The position numbers and the translations under genes are program-made. The notes beneath the pieces are model-generated. The model searched no databases and was not told the DNA's origin. It worked only from the letters and a program-made list of their open reading frames with translations. Positions 26,382 to 40,155 of a DNA stretch of 64,000 nucleotides are shown here, one piece after another; positions within the stretch are counted from its first letter, which is position 1; each line of letters begins with the position of its first letter. Source of the stretch: Squalus acanthias (taxonomy: Eukaryota); assembly GCA_030390025.1 (NCBI GenBank), contig CM059432.1, positions 40,550,001 through 40,614,000 on the forward strand, read 5' to 3'.

Positions 26382-28132
26382 GTCTATTAAATAAAATACT
26401 GTTATTTCATTTAGGTATATGCAGCCTTTACATGGGGCCGTATCACATTGTCTGTTCATGGAAATTTATTCAAGCTTGATCAGGTCTCAATCATTGATCG
26501 CAAGAGGATTTCACTCCAGTTCTATCCTAGTTTAACACCTGAAGAAATAAAAAACATTGGAGACCCTCTCGCCCACTGGGAAAACAGAACATGGTTTGAA
26601 TTGTTACGCTCATACTTCTTTCCCTTCGTCAATTTTCTTGCCTCCTGAAGGTTCTGACTCATGCTGGGCTACAGTTCCATGGATGCTCGTGCTCTCTGGT
26701 ACTTTGTCCAAGTGGCAATTGTTCGTATGTGAGTCTTGACAGTGTGTTCAGAGGCTATTCAACTGTAAAAGCAGCACCAATGAGGTCAATCCTGTCCTCA
26801 CCCAATGCTCACGTACTCCCAGCGTGGGTAGCTGGATAAGAATTGGGAAAAGGAACCCCGGTTGATTTGCCCTTTTCTAATCCAGGGTGTCTTGCTGGGT
26901 TTGGCAAAGACTGGGAACTTGCCATGTGGGAAACTCTGGATGGAAAGCTGGGTCTGACCACTCCATGGTGCAGAAACAGGTGTTTCAACATCTAAGGTGT
27001 TTCCCATTGTGACTGTTTATCAATTAAGCAATATTCCATAGATCGATAACATTGACTATTGCAGACTACAGTAAAAACATATAGACCACCCCACAGCCCC
27101 ACCCCTAAGGGTAGGATTGTCATTTAGCTTATTTTACACCTTTTTAAAATCGCTGCCAGTTGACAATTTTAACGCAGCACAGTGGCGGTGCTCTTCAAAC
27201 AATGTACAGGTAATTTTCTGAGTACGCACTGGTGATGGAGAACCTTGCCCACCACCAGCACATGTCAGAAATCCACAGGCTTGCTGTCCGCTGGTGATGG
27301 GCAAAGGTCCCTGCTGCCAGTGCCGTCTCAGCAAATTATCCCGTATGCTGAAGGCTTCAACACTCAATGTTTTAAAAAAAAATCAGAAATCGCGGTGGTG
27401 CCAGTTAAAACAGTCGCCCAGCAATGGGTAATTTCAAAAATCTGGCTGGGCCAGTGAAAAACTGAGGGAGAGTTATCAGCAGGACCTCCTTTGTTACGAA
27501 CAAAATAAACTGTTACAAAGAATTCTCACTAACAATAACATCTTTCCTGTTCATTTCAGTCTTTTTTTGATATCTTTTGATTCCACAGCAAGTACTGAAG
27601 ACTGGGTTACAGGAGACACCAAGTCTGGCAGCATGAGAGATCTGACATTATTAACTAGAATGAAATTGTGTTATTTTAACTGTGTGAGTTTAGCTTCCCA
27701 GCAGGCTGTGCAGTGGGTTGAACGCCAACCTATGACCTCTGGGACCTGTATTTAAATCCCGCCTAGCTTCCTCGGATAATAATCTCCATTTACTGACTGT
27801 AAGGGTGCTACATGAAATTACTGTAGTTTGGGCATTCTCAACTCAATCTAGTGGGCCCACAGCACAGGTTTGGCACTAAAATGGACAAGTGTCCATTCCC
27901 TGCACCAACATCCCTTGTCTTGATGAGCACAAAATTCACACACAACGAAGTTGAACCTGCATTGGTTCCAGGTTTGCCGTTCCTTTTGTAGGATATGTGG
28001 AGTACTTTGTTCAAATCCTTCTCGGGTTCCTTCCCTGGCCTCTCCCTCCATTGCGTTGATGATTGTTGATGCTACTTCCTGAATTTTCTCATTTCAGGAC
28101 TACTGCGTGTTTCCAGCATTTCCTGTTTTCAT

Positions 28133-28588
28133 TTTTTTTTATGTATTTGGTCACGGGATGTGGGCATCACTGGCAAGGCCGGCATTTATTGCCCATCCAT
28201 AATTGCCCACCTTGAGAAGGTGGTGGTGAGCTGCCTTCTTGAACTGCTGCAGTCCTTGTGGTGAAGGTACTCCCATAGTACTGTTTGTAATAGCTGGTTT
28301 GGTGCAACTGAGTGGTTTACTATGCCATATCAGAGGGCAGTTAAGAGTCAACCACATTGCTGTGGGTCTGCAGTCAGGTAAGGATGACAAGTTTCCTTCC
28401 CTAAAGGAAAGTTAGTGAACCAGTTGGGTTTTTACGACAATCCGATCGTTTCATGGTCACCATTACTGATACTAGCTTTTTAATTCCAAATTTATTTAAT
28501 TAACTGAATTTAAATTCCCCCAGCTGCCATGGTGGGATTTGAACTCACGTCTCCGGATCAGTAACATAACCACTATGCCACCGTACCC
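28133..28588 (-). mobile_element. tRNA-headed SINE sharing its 3' tail with LINE family X
   Basis: minus-strand head GGGTACGGTGGCATAGTGG..GAGTTCAAATCCC; tail closely matches 25580-25715. Confidence 0.8.
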
Positions 28589-28699
28589 ATAACATTTAAC
28601 ACTTGTGCGTTCCTTTTAGCTATTTGCACTTTCTTTTTACTTCTCATGTCTTTTCATTGTCTCACAGAGATGATCTTTTATATAATTTAATAGGTTCTC

Positions 28700-28946
28700 T
28701 CATATCTAGTTTGCAGATCATTCCTCTTGGTGACTGGAGTTTCTGTTGTCCCTTCCCCCCCACTTTTTTTTTAGTTTTCCACTCTACAAAGAGCACTTTG
28801 CACATCTTTCAGTTTTCAGTTCTGAAGAAGGACTTGAGCCTAAAACGTTAACCTGTCTTTTCTCTTTACAAATGCAGATTGGCCTGTTGTGTTTTCCAGC
28901 ATTTTCTGTTTTTATTTCCTATCTCCAGCACTTGCAGTTCTTTTTC
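28700..28946 (+). mobile_element. degenerate PLE pLTR (family B-like) with eroded hammerhead
   Basis: GTTCTGAAGAAGG..CCTAAAACGTTAAC..TTCCAGCATTTTCTGTTTTTATTTC..CCAGCACTTGCAG, similar to 42840-42975. Confidence 0.6.
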
Positions 28947-29242
28947 TTGTCACATATACTTGGTGAGGCTTGCCAGTTAAATGTGCAATTGGTAATAGTT
29001 TTACATCAGCTCAACAAGACTCAGCTCAGGAACACTTTGCATTTATCAACCAACACCTGTCAATTACCCAGTTAATAAATTGAAGGACCAAAACACAATT
29101 TATCACTTGTTTCATTGTTGCAGCACTGTCATTTGTCTTCAGCAGCTATTTCATTTTTTTTTAAACACACTATCATACATTGCATTCATAGTTACAGAAC
29201 AAAATGGTAGTGGTCATGATAGTGTGATGGGGAGTGCGTTTT

Positions 29243-32200
29243 CATAGAATCAAAGAATGGTTACAGCACGGAAGGCGGCCATTCGGCCTGTGCCGACTCT
29301 CAGCTCGTCCACTCCCCCGTCCTTTCCCCATGGCCATTCAAATTATTTTCCTTAAGATATTTATCCAATTCCCTTTTGAAAGATAAGATTGAGTCTGCCT
29401 CCACCACCCTTTCAGGCAGTGCATTCCAGATCTTAACCACTCGCTGCGTAAAAAAGTTTTTTCTTACGTCGCCTTTGGTTCTTTTGCCAATCACCTTAAA
29501 TCTGTATCTTGACCCTTCTACCAATGGGAACGGTTTCCTGCTATCTACTCTGTCCAGACCCCTCATGATTTTGAACACCTCTATCAAATCTCCTCTCAAT
29601 CTTCTCTGCTCCAAAGAGAACAACCCCAGCTTCTCCAGTCTATCAGCGTAACTGAAGTCCCTCATTCCTGGAATCATTCTCGTAAATCTTTTCTGCACCT
29701 TCTCCAAGGCCTTCACATCCTTCCTAAAGTGCAATGCCCAGAATTGGACACAATACTTCAGTTGGGGCCGAACCAGTGTTTTATACAGGTTCATCATAAT
29801 TTCCACACTTTTGTACTCTATACCTCTATTTATAAAGCCCAGGATCCTGTAAGCCTTTTTAACTGCTTTCTCAACCTGCCCTACTACCTTCAACGATTTG
29901 TGCACACATACCCCCAGGTCTCTTTGTTTGTGCACCCCTTTAGGATTGTACCATTTAGTTTATATGTCCTCTCCCCATTCTTTCTACCAAAATGTACCAC
30001 TTCACACTTTTCTGCATTAAATTTCATCTGCCACGTGTCCACCCATTTCACCAACCTGTTTATGTCTTGCTGAAGTCTATCACTCTCCTCCTCACTGTTC
30101 ACTATACTTCCAAGTATTGTGTCATCTGCAGATTTTGAAATTGTGCCCTGTACACCCATATCCAAGTCATTAATATATATCAAAAAAAGCAGTGGTCCTA
30201 GAACCGACCCCTGGGGAACACCTTCCTCCAGTCCAAAAAACAACCGTTCACTACTACTCTCTGTTTCCTGTCACTTAGCCAATTTCATATCCATGCTACC
30301 ACTGTCCCTTTTATTCCATGGGCTCCAACTTTGCTGGTAAGCCTATTATGTGGCACTTTGTTGAACGCCTTTTGGAAATCTATGTATACTACGTCAACCG
30401 CATTACCCTCATCAACCCTCTCTGTTACCTCATCAAAAAACTCGATCAACTTGGTTAAACACGATTTGCCTTTAACAAATTTGTGCTGGCTTTCCTTAAC
30501 TAATCCACACCTATCCAAGTGACTGTTAATTTTGTCCCTGATTACTGTTTCTAAAAGCTTCCCCACTACCGAGGTTAAACTGACTGGCCTGTAGTTGCTG
30601 GGTTTATCTTTACACCCTTTTTTGAACAATGGTGTAACATTTGCAATTCTCCAGTCCTCTGGCACCACCCCCATATCTATGGAGGATTGGAATATTATGG
30701 TGAGTACCTCCGCGATTTCCGCCCTCAATAACCTAGGATGCATCCCATCTGCTCCTGGTGACTTATCTACTTTAAGTACAGTCAGCCTTTCTAATACCTC
30801 TTTCTTTATGAATTTTTATCCTATCAAGTGTCTCCACTACCTCCTCCTTCACTATGTCTATGGCAGCATCCTCTTCCTTGGTGAAGACAGATGCAAAGTA
30901 CCTGTTTAGTACCTCAGCCATACCCTCTGCCTCCATGCATAGGTCTCTTTTTGGTCCCTAAATCGGCCCCACCCCTCCTCTTAGTACCCTTTTACTATTT
31001 ATATGCCTGTAGAAGACTTTTGGATTACATTTTATGTTGCCTGCCATTCTATTCTCATACCCTCTCTTTGCCCCTTATTTTCTTTTTCACTTCTCCTCTG
31101 ACCTTTCTATATATAGCCTGATTCTCAGATGTATTTGCAACCTGACATCAGTCAGATGCACTCTTTTTCTGCTTCATCATATTCTCTATCTATTTCGTCA
31201 TCCAGGGAGCCCTGACTTTAGTTGCCCTGCCTTTCCCCCTCGTGAGAATATACCTCAACTGTATCTGAACTATTTCCTCTTTAAAGGCAGCCCATTGTTC
31301 CATTACAGTTTTACCTGCCAATCTTTGATTCCAGTTTACCCGGGCCAGATCCGTTCTCATCCCACTGAAATTGACCTTCCCCCAGTTAAACATTTTTATT
31401 CTAGATTGCTCCCTGTCCTTTTCCATATCGAATCTAAACCTTATGATACTATGATCACTGTTCCCTAAATGTTTACCTACTGACACTTGCTCCACTTGAC
31501 CTACCTCATTCCCCAGAACCAGATCCAGCAATGCCTCCTCCCTTGTTGGGCCAAAAACATATTGATCAAGAAAGTTCTCGTGAACACACTTCAGAAATTC
31601 TTCCCCTTCTCTGCCCTTTGCATTACTATGATCCCAGTCTATATTACGATAGTTGAAGTTCCCATTATTACTACTCTATAGTTCTTGCACCTCTCTGTAA
31701 TTCCTCTTCAAATTTGCTCCTCCAGATCTTTCCCACTATTTGGTGGTCTATAGAATACACCTAGTAGTGTAATGGCACCTCTATTATTCTTAACTCTAGC
31801 CATATAGATTCTGTCCTTGACCCCTCCAGCACTGTAACATTCTCCTTAACCAATACTGCCAAACCACCTCCTATCTTTTCTTTCCCATCTTTCCTGAACA
31901 CCTTATAATCAGGAATATTTAATACCCAATCCTGCCCTTTTTTGAGCCAGGTCTCAGTTATTGCCACAACATTATATTCCCATGTGGCTATTTGTGCCTG
32001 CAGCTCACTTACCTTGTTTACTACGCTTCGTGCATTCACATACATACACTGTAAACCCATCTTAGACCATCCTGTATTCTCTCTTAGTTTGACCCCACCT
32101 AATACCTTACTATTTCTTACTTTAGTGCTCTCTGCCTCTCCCAATTCTTTGAGCACTTTATTTCCCCTTTCTAATGTTACATCGTGGTGCCCATCTCCCT

Positions 32201-32870
32201 GCCAAATTAGTTTAAACCCTCCCCAACAGCACCAGCAAACCTCCCCGCGAGGATATTGGTTCCGACCCTGTTGAGGTGCAACACGTCCAGCCTGGACAGG
32301 TCCCACCTCCCCCAGAACCAGCCCCAATGCCCCAGGAATCTGAAGCCCTCCCTCCTGCACCATCTCTCCAGCCATGCATTCATCTGCTCTATCCTCCTAT
32401 TTCTATACTCACTCGCATGTGGCACCAGGAGTAATCCGGAGATTACGACCTTTGAGGTCCTGCTTTTTAATCTCTTTCCTTGCTCCCTAAAATCTGCCTG
32501 CAGGACCTCATCCCTCTTTCTACCAATGTCGTTGGTACCATTATGGACCAGGACCTCTGGCTGTTGACCGCCCCCCGCCCCTTAATGTTCTACAGCCGCT
32601 CAGAGACATCCTCAACCCTGGCACCAGGGAGGCAACATACCATCCTGGAGTCACGTCTGCGGCCGCAGAAACGCCTGTCTGCTCCCCTAACTATTGAATC
32701 CCCTACCACTATTGCTCTCCCACTCTTCTTCCTCCCCCCCCACCCCCACCGCCCCCGTATAGCTGAGCTACCCGTGGTGCCGTGGACTTGGCTCTGGCTG
32801 TACTCCCCAGAGGAACCATCACCCTCACCAGTACTCAGAACCGAATACTGGTTGGAGAGCGAGATGCGGG
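29243..32870 (-). mobile_element. near full-length CR1 LINE (ORF1 SGNH esterase + ORF2 APE/RT), inactivated
   Basis: ORF1 AIVVGDSIVRGADRRFCG..CCLPGARVEDV, WCRREGFRFLGHW..DVLHLN; ORF2 YVNARSVVNK..ITETWL, LDLVL..SDH, NYRPVSLTSVVGK, PQGSVLGP..ADDT, RVVKIWNALP; 3' tail at 29243. Confidence 0.95.
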
Positions 32871-32873
32871 GCA

Positions 32874-33198
32874 TTTTTTTATTATTATTCATTCTAGGGA
32901 CGTGGTTGTCTCTGGCAAGGCTGGCATTTATTGTCCATCCATAGTGGTGGAAGGTGGTTGTATACCTTCTCATTGAATCGATTTGATACGACTGAGTGGC
33001 TTGCTAGGCCACTTTAGAGGGCAGTTAAGATTCAATTACGTTGGTGTGGGACTGGAGTCACATATTGGTCAGACTGAGTAAAGATGACAGTTTTCCTTCC
33101 CTATTAGGACATTAGTGAACCAGTTGGGTTTTACGACAATCTGACATTTCATGGTCACTTTTAATGATACCAGTCTTTTTATATCCAGATTTTTTTTT
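32874..33198 (-). mobile_element. 5'-truncated relative of the tRNA-headed SINE
   Basis: shares GGCAGTTAAGA..TTCCTTCCCTA..TTAGTGAACCAGTTGGGTTTTACGACAAT core with 28133-28588 and 62881-63265. Confidence 0.75.
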
Positions 33199-34334
33199 GA
33201 CAGTCATTTAGTTACGACTTTGTGGGGCCCACTTGCAGCTCGTGCAGGTGTACTTACCACTGGTTACACAGAAAGCGAAACTGGTGGGATTCCAGGGGGA
33301 GCCTGGGATCCTACCAGTCTCATATTCAAAAATGGCATCACAACAGAGGGGGCAGGCGGTCAAAGCACTCTTCCCCCTCCGTTGGAATTTGTTTTTAGAG
33401 GCAATAAGTGGTAGAAATCCATTTAAAACAGGTTCCAACCCAAATTACTGCTCCTTCTCTCCTATCGTGTCAAATTTTCATCCCCCCAAAACCCCAGAAT
33501 TTCTACCTTTATACGTTTGGCATCAGTGCAAAGCGATTTCGGCTTCACACCGACACCAAACTTGTGGAGTTCAAATCGGGTTGCAAGGCTTGAACTGACT
33601 CCAAAGCGCAGCAGAGTGAGACTTCCTCCTCCAGGGAGTCTCATTCCTCCTCATTCCAGTTTTGGAGCAAGCCTTTGGCTTAGTGGTAGCATTCCCACCT
33701 CCAAGTCAGAAGATGCAGGGTTTGAACCCCACTCCAGACAGACCTGGTGAGTGAAGACTGGAGCTCCAACTCTGAATTCTGAGATACTCACATCCGATGC
33801 CGACTCATCGTAGCGATTGTGGGAGCCCATAAAACCATCCCTTGATTCCTCTAGTTCAATGTTCAATCCCTGTGACTAGTTATTTATGGTAAGTGGCAGT
33901 AGTGATCAGGAATATTCCTCTGTTTTCCCACTGAGTCAGTGCTTGGTCATTTTGGAATTTCCATCTGGGTTGGTTGAAGCACTTAACCAGATGATTCTTC
34001 TTTTGATTTTCTCTCCCTTGCCTGGGGTAGTTCTTAATTTGTTGCCTTCTTACAGTAGCATGATTAACATTGGTAATTCTGTGCAGGATCATAAACACAA
34101 ACCCACTTCCTACTATTCCGTTGGGTAGCTCCTTGGAGCTGCAGCACACTGTGCCACTGCATTGCCCCAGCTATTTTCTGTAGAAAACGATATTAAGAAA
34201 CAAATCAGATGTGTATACAGGACATTTCCAAGCCTAGAAGATTAGAAAAGTTGACTAATGAATTCTTCTGTCTGTTGAACTGTTTTATCAATGGACAGAT
34301 TACTTTCTAAACATAATTGTAACCAATTAATAAA

Positions 34335-34600
34335 GCTCCCTCAATGGCTTAGCTGTTTAATGTCCTAATTAGCTGAGCCACACAGACCAGGGAGGTGCAA
34401 GGTTTGATTTCCAGTTTGTGCTGAAATTAAGCTGATTTCAGTCAGGATGCCAGTACGAGTATTACAATTGACCTCTACAGTCCTGAGTTAGAGACAGAAA
34501 AATCAGGAAGGGTTCTCTCTTCTGATCACTATCCAGCATTCCCTGCCAGAAGTACACATGTGGATGTCAGGTGAGGGCAACATTGGTCTCAACTCTGAAC
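34335..34600 (+). mobile_element. old interspersed SINE-like repeat (related copies about 5230-5430, 20720-21050, 24990-25290, 39800-40260, 43870-44350)
   Basis: recurrent motifs CAGACCAGGGAGG..GGTTTGAT, TGATCACTATCCAG, GTCAGGTGAGG; family not identified. Confidence 0.5.
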
Positions 34601-34689
34601 GAGGAGGGACAATGCAGTCATTGCGAGATATGTTTATCGCTGTCTGTAGATGTGGCTATGCAGATATGGCCGAGTTGGCACTGACCTGC

Positions 34690-35133
34690 CTTTTCCCATC
34701 ACCCCTGTGCTCACTGACCTAAATTGGCTCCTGTTCCACCCAATGCCTCAATTTTAAAATTCTTGTCCTCGTGTTCAAAATCACTCCATGGTCTTGCCCC
34801 TGCCTATCTCTAACCTTCTCCAGCCCTACAATCCTCTGAGAACTCTGCTTTCCTCCAACTCTGGCCTCTTATGCATCCCCCACTTCCTTCGGCCCACTAT
34901 TGGCAGCTGTGCCTTCAGCCATCTAGGCCCTAAGCTCTGGAATTCCCTCTCCAAACCTCCTTGGCTCTCCACCTCTCTCTCCTCCTTTAAGACGCTGCTT
35001 AAAATCTACCTCTTGACCAAGCATTTGGTCACCTGTCCCAACGTCTCCTTTATTGGCTCGGTGTCAATTTTTTCACTCCTGTGAAGCGCTTTGGGACGTT
35101 AAAGGCACTATATAAATGCAAGTTGTTGTTGTT
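34690..35133 (+). mobile_element. L2 LINE 3' end
   Basis: CCCATCACCCCTGTGCTCACTGACCT; SNLLQPYNPLRTL..AFSHLGPKLWNSL..SSFKTLLK; (TTG)n tail. Confidence 0.85.
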
Positions 35134-38100
35134 GCCTGACATCCCTCCAATGGTTCTCCATGCCTTCGTTAGAACACCTCAGATTTACTGTTCTCATTGG
35201 GAAACCCATTGGTACCAGTAATGATCCAGAAGGCCAAAAATATTAGAAAAATTGGCACAAAGGCTCATGAGAACCTAAATGGCAGCCATAAAAAAGATCA
35301 AAAATGGTCCCAAAATGGCCTAAAGCACTTGCCTTTGTATCACTGTGCCCTTTAAATAAACTGCCACCTGCCCTTTCAGTCCCCAACAACACTGGATATC
35401 TGGTTTCTTCAATGTTGTTTACACTGGACATTCTGCACACACGAACATTGGGAATGTGCAGACAGAATATTTCCTCTCATTATTTCTAATTTAAATGAAG
35501 ATTCCACCTGTTTAGGCCACCCCAACACGCACTGGAAACTTGAAAGGTGTGAAAAATGGGCGGAGATCCATTGGGACTGACCTCATTTCACACTCTGTTA
35601 GGCCCTGTCTGCACCTTTTTCCAGGGCAATTTGGAGACTAATAAATTATAATCTAAAGAAACACAAAGTCGAAATAAAAATGGGCACAGAGAACAAAAAG
35701 AGAATGAAAAGATTAAAATAGTTTGAAAGAGAAAATGGCATAGCAAAATGGAAAAGTATAAAATCCTGGATAGCTGCAAGAAATTCTGCACTGGTTCTTG
35801 TGATTATATTATGTGGACCAGAGCAGGGAACAGGCAGCAGGAGTTTTTGGTTCGTGCAGCGCCTACATTTTTGATCCTTGAATGTATCTGTTACATTCTT
35901 CTCCATCAAATAGCTGGATCCTGGACACGGGCAGTAAATCATTGAGGCACACACCGTATTCTCATTATCAGTCAGAGAAAAAAGGTCTGGATTGATCCCA
36001 GGCATGAGAGTACCTCAAGCAACGAAAGAGCTCGATTATAGACTTCAAAAATGTAAGAACTATTAAACTTAATTTTTCTTTTTTTTTTCCTTTGGACTTA
36101 AGTGTCAGAATTCTAAATAAAATAAGAACCAGGTGTGTTATAAAAACACTATCACACAACATGCAGCCTGGGGCCTCAGAGCTCTCATTATCTTTTCCAT
36201 GTGTGAGCACTAATATTCAAAGATAAATCTTCCAGTTTAGTTTGTGCCTCACCTCCACATAGTTCCCAGAGTTTGTTGTTGAATCTTCAGAAGGAAGAGT
36301 GAATGCACAAGTTCCGTCATACACTATTAAAGTAATACCCAATATCCGCAATAACATACGGCCAAATTTCAGAAAGGCCAAACAAGACCTTCCCGTATCA
36401 CCGAATGTTAGGACATGAGTTCACATCCAAACATTCCTGCACAGCGAGTTGCCAATCTCAAACATATGAGCATCATAGAATCAGAAGGAGGCCATTTGGC
36501 CTATCGTGCCTGTGCTGGCTCTTTGAAAGAGCAATCCAATTAGTCCCACTCCCCTGCTCTTTCCTCATAGCCATACTTTCAGAGGAAGAAGCAGAGCGAA
36601 AACAAAATGCTTCCCTATGAGTAGCGAGGGAAAAAAAAATCAGAGGGAGAAATATTGTGCGATACTCAAAAGTGACATTTGCAGAGACATTGGGAGAGGA
36701 CTTTCCGCCTACTTTCCCTTCTTCTCAACTGAGTATAGCACATACCATGGGGAGACCTGAAGGGGACCAAGTAAGCAATAACTTATTTTTTTAAAGTGTC
36801 ACCATGGATATAAATCTTCTTGGATATTTATGTATATTTGTTTTGCATGAATATAACTTCCAAACACTTTTTCCTCAGATTTATAATGTTTCACTGCCAG
36901 AATCACATCAACCACACACTGTCAGCTTCTGTCTGCAGAGAATGAGTAATACAAGGAACAATCACACATGGTATTGAAATCGATTGTAAGGACAACCTGG
37001 AAACTACAATGTTACAACATCTGCACATCACAAGAAAATGAAGACTAATATTTCCACGGAGTATCATCATCTGCTTAAATCAGACAAGTTTCAGCCGCAA
37101 AAATTCTTGACATTACTTATTATTTTCTAAGCTTTGGGTTATTGGAGACCCAACAAATTAACAACAAGTAGATTACCAAGGAAAAGGAGTAAAAATGTCT
37201 CAAGTATTCGCAGTTTACTTAAAACATAAAGTGGGTTCAGTGGTTGCCTTAGTGAGACACACAGGGCAGTCATGGTGCGTTAATGAAGTTCCTGCCCTCT
37301 GATACTCCATTAACTTTGAATAATGAACACTACTCTCCGAGTCTAATGCTGCTGTCAGCACTAGGGTTCGGCTTTCAAATACACACACAAACATTTTTCA
37401 TTTTTCGGTCACGGTTATTACATTTTTGCATGCTAATACCCCTCTGAAGTTCCGTGACTGACATTGAGAGTCTAAGAAAGATCAAGGAGAAAGAAACAAA
37501 GAGACAGGGGCAAGAAATAGCAAATATGTTGGGCCTTGGGGGAAGGGGTGGGGGGTGAAGGAGTTCAAAGGTTAATGGATTTGGAAATTTGTTGTGATAC
37601 AAGGTTTACGAAGAAGGCCACAAGCAGCAGAAAAACCTCTCTAATTGGGTTTCACTTCAAAACTGTGAGAGGACGAGAAACATCTCCCACTAACAAGGCA
37701 AAATCAAGAGATGTATGTGAGCCACGCAAAACAGTTGGTGGAAGCAGATTTCTTTGGAAGAATTTCATCCATCTGGAAATGATTTCTGAGGTTATGGAAA
37801 GCTGATGGCAAGCACTTTTTTTTATCTATTAGCTAGTTTGTGAAATGCTTTGAAGGTATATGATCTACTTTTGGATGTCAGACATATGCTGCATTTGGCT
37901 TTTTTTTTTAAGCTTTCAAAAACCCAAACCTATGCAACATCCCTTTCCCATATTTCAACCTCCTTGGTTGATTGGTTGCACAACCTAATTCTGCTACAGA
38001 GAGAAACAGAAAAGCAGGGATCCCAACCAGTCAGATGACAATGCTTAAGACGCGGAGATATACAAAACTGTATAAGGCAGGTTACCTGACGAGGTGAAAA

Positions 38101-39971
38101 TGCAGTGACGCTTTGGAGAAAATTGAATATTAGCGCATCCAAGTGCATGATTATTTAATTTGTTATATATGTGTTTATTGAGGAATATTAGTAACCAGGT
38201 ACAGAAAAAAATACAGCTACACAATTGCAACTATGGATAGCTGAGTGACTAAAAGTCAGTATGAGCTGCTCTGAACAGGAGAGGAAGAAATACTTTATGA
38301 AAACGGCACATACTATAGATAAAGACAACAAATCAACTAACAATCAGCTCAAGGGGGCCAATTCCCTCTCTATAGGAGCATAGTTAGAAACAGCCATCAA
38401 CATAACTCCTCCCGTCATGTGTCTCTATTCATATCATTGCAATTTTGCACATCCCACAGTATTAATACGATTTATATGTAAAATATCCCGAGCACTGTTT
38501 GACTGCAGTTCCACCCTTTGCTGTATAGCATGTATGCAAAATGGAGGTGATTCTGGAGAGTTGCGACTGGGACTGAGACACAATTTTACTGTTTTAACAG
38601 AATGAGTCAGTGGGGAGACTTCTTCTGACTTGCAGTGGATGGTAGTCGATTATTAAACATATTACTGAAAGAAAAAAAAATCACCTTCCTTTTAAAATTT
38701 CAAGCTCCAGAAAATTAAGAGTTGGACCTCCAACACGCCGTGCCACAGAGTGGAAAGAAATCGTAAGAAGGCACCAAGCAAAGGCCAATGCTTTTCCTCA
38801 GGGAGACGGATGAATTTATAGAAGACTCACCCTGAAACGCTCTCATGTCCTTCCCAGCACTCCGCTACTAGCAGAGGCCCCTTCATAACGTCTGGGGAGG
38901 AAATCAGGGCAAGGGGAGACTTTATCGGTGAATCTAGGAAGAATTGTTCTTTTAACAAATGTCTTGAAAAGGCATTCTCCACACCACCACACCACATAGT
39001 TGGTATCATCGATACCCAAGCGGTATCCCAGACATGTCATCCCACCAGTCAGTACTCAGCTGGGCACGTTTTAAAAGGTGGACCTGAGCTACTGTTCACA
39101 CGCATCTATTATTTAAACATGCATTTCAACTACATGAAACAAGCCCTTTAAAACATTTAATGCAGCAATGCTGCAAAGGCCAGAACATCATTTATTAATC
39201 GCCTCCTGCGATTAAGACACATTCCAGCAGCAATCTGCGGCACTATTGCCGACATTCCTAAAGTGCTGGTGGTAATAACGAGAGATGAGCTATTCCAAAC
39301 TGATGTTCCAGGTAATACAAAACACATCAGCCAACCGCAGGACAAGGCAGGCAGCCATCAGCTCACTCTCCCTGGAATTCTCACATTCATTACAGGCCGA
39401 TTATCACGGCACCCTGTGTGCAGTAATGTAGGGCGAGCGCACCTAAAAAACAAACCTTTCACCGCTCCTTCATGGTGTATTGGCAGAAGGCTGCTCACAA
39501 CATGTTTTGGTCTGGAATCAAAACTTCACTAAAAAAAACACCCAGTGGCTGCTCATGATCACAAGGTTATTATATTACTTACAGCTATTAATCAGCTCGG
39601 GAGAATCATTTTTAGAAATGTAGTGAAGTATGACACCTATAAGTCTTCTGTTGTGTTTGCAGCACATGTATATTAAGAACCGCAGTGGCACGATTCCTCC
39701 CGAGTACTCATTGCTGGTACCCTGTACTGTAAATTGGCAGCCATCCCGACAGATTCATTTAAACAGTCAAATAAACCTCATCTCTAAGCCTGAGGTAGTA
39801 AAGGCGGTGTGTAGCGGAGTCTTGCAAACCAGAAGGTTCCAGGTTCCATTTCCAATCGCTGTTGAGTTAGCGGATCGCAAACGGAGAAGCAGTTGTGTCA
39901 CTGCATTTGGCGACAGTAGCTCTGGGCTGGGGAGGTTAAATTCCGCCAGGACTCTGGTATCGGATTAATCG

Positions 39972-40155
39972 TCATGATGCGGAGATGCCGGTGTTGGACT
40001 GGGGTGGACAAAATTGAGAGGTCGCACAACACCAGGTTATAGTCCAACAGTTTTATTTGAAATCACAAACTTCACCTGAGCAAATCGATAGCTCCGAAAG
40101 CTTGTGATTTCAAATAAAACTGTTGGACTATAACCTGGTGTTGTGCGACCTCTCA
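39972..40155. mobile_element. non-coding palindromic PLE mini-element (family A)
   Basis: perfect 56-bp inverted arms 40013-40068 / 40102-40157; 13-bp TSD ATCGGATTAATCG at 39959-39971 and 40156-40168. Confidence 0.9.

Noticed and set aside
26400..26540. minus-strand coding exon after TTTTTTATTTCTTCAG
   Set aside because: stops in all three frames soon after the acceptor; no clear donor
28818..28852. active hammerhead
   Set aside because: GAAA core changed to AAAA and stem II is eroded
33672..33735. tRNA gene
   Set aside because: A/B-box-like motifs but no cloverleaf; looks like an isolated SINE head
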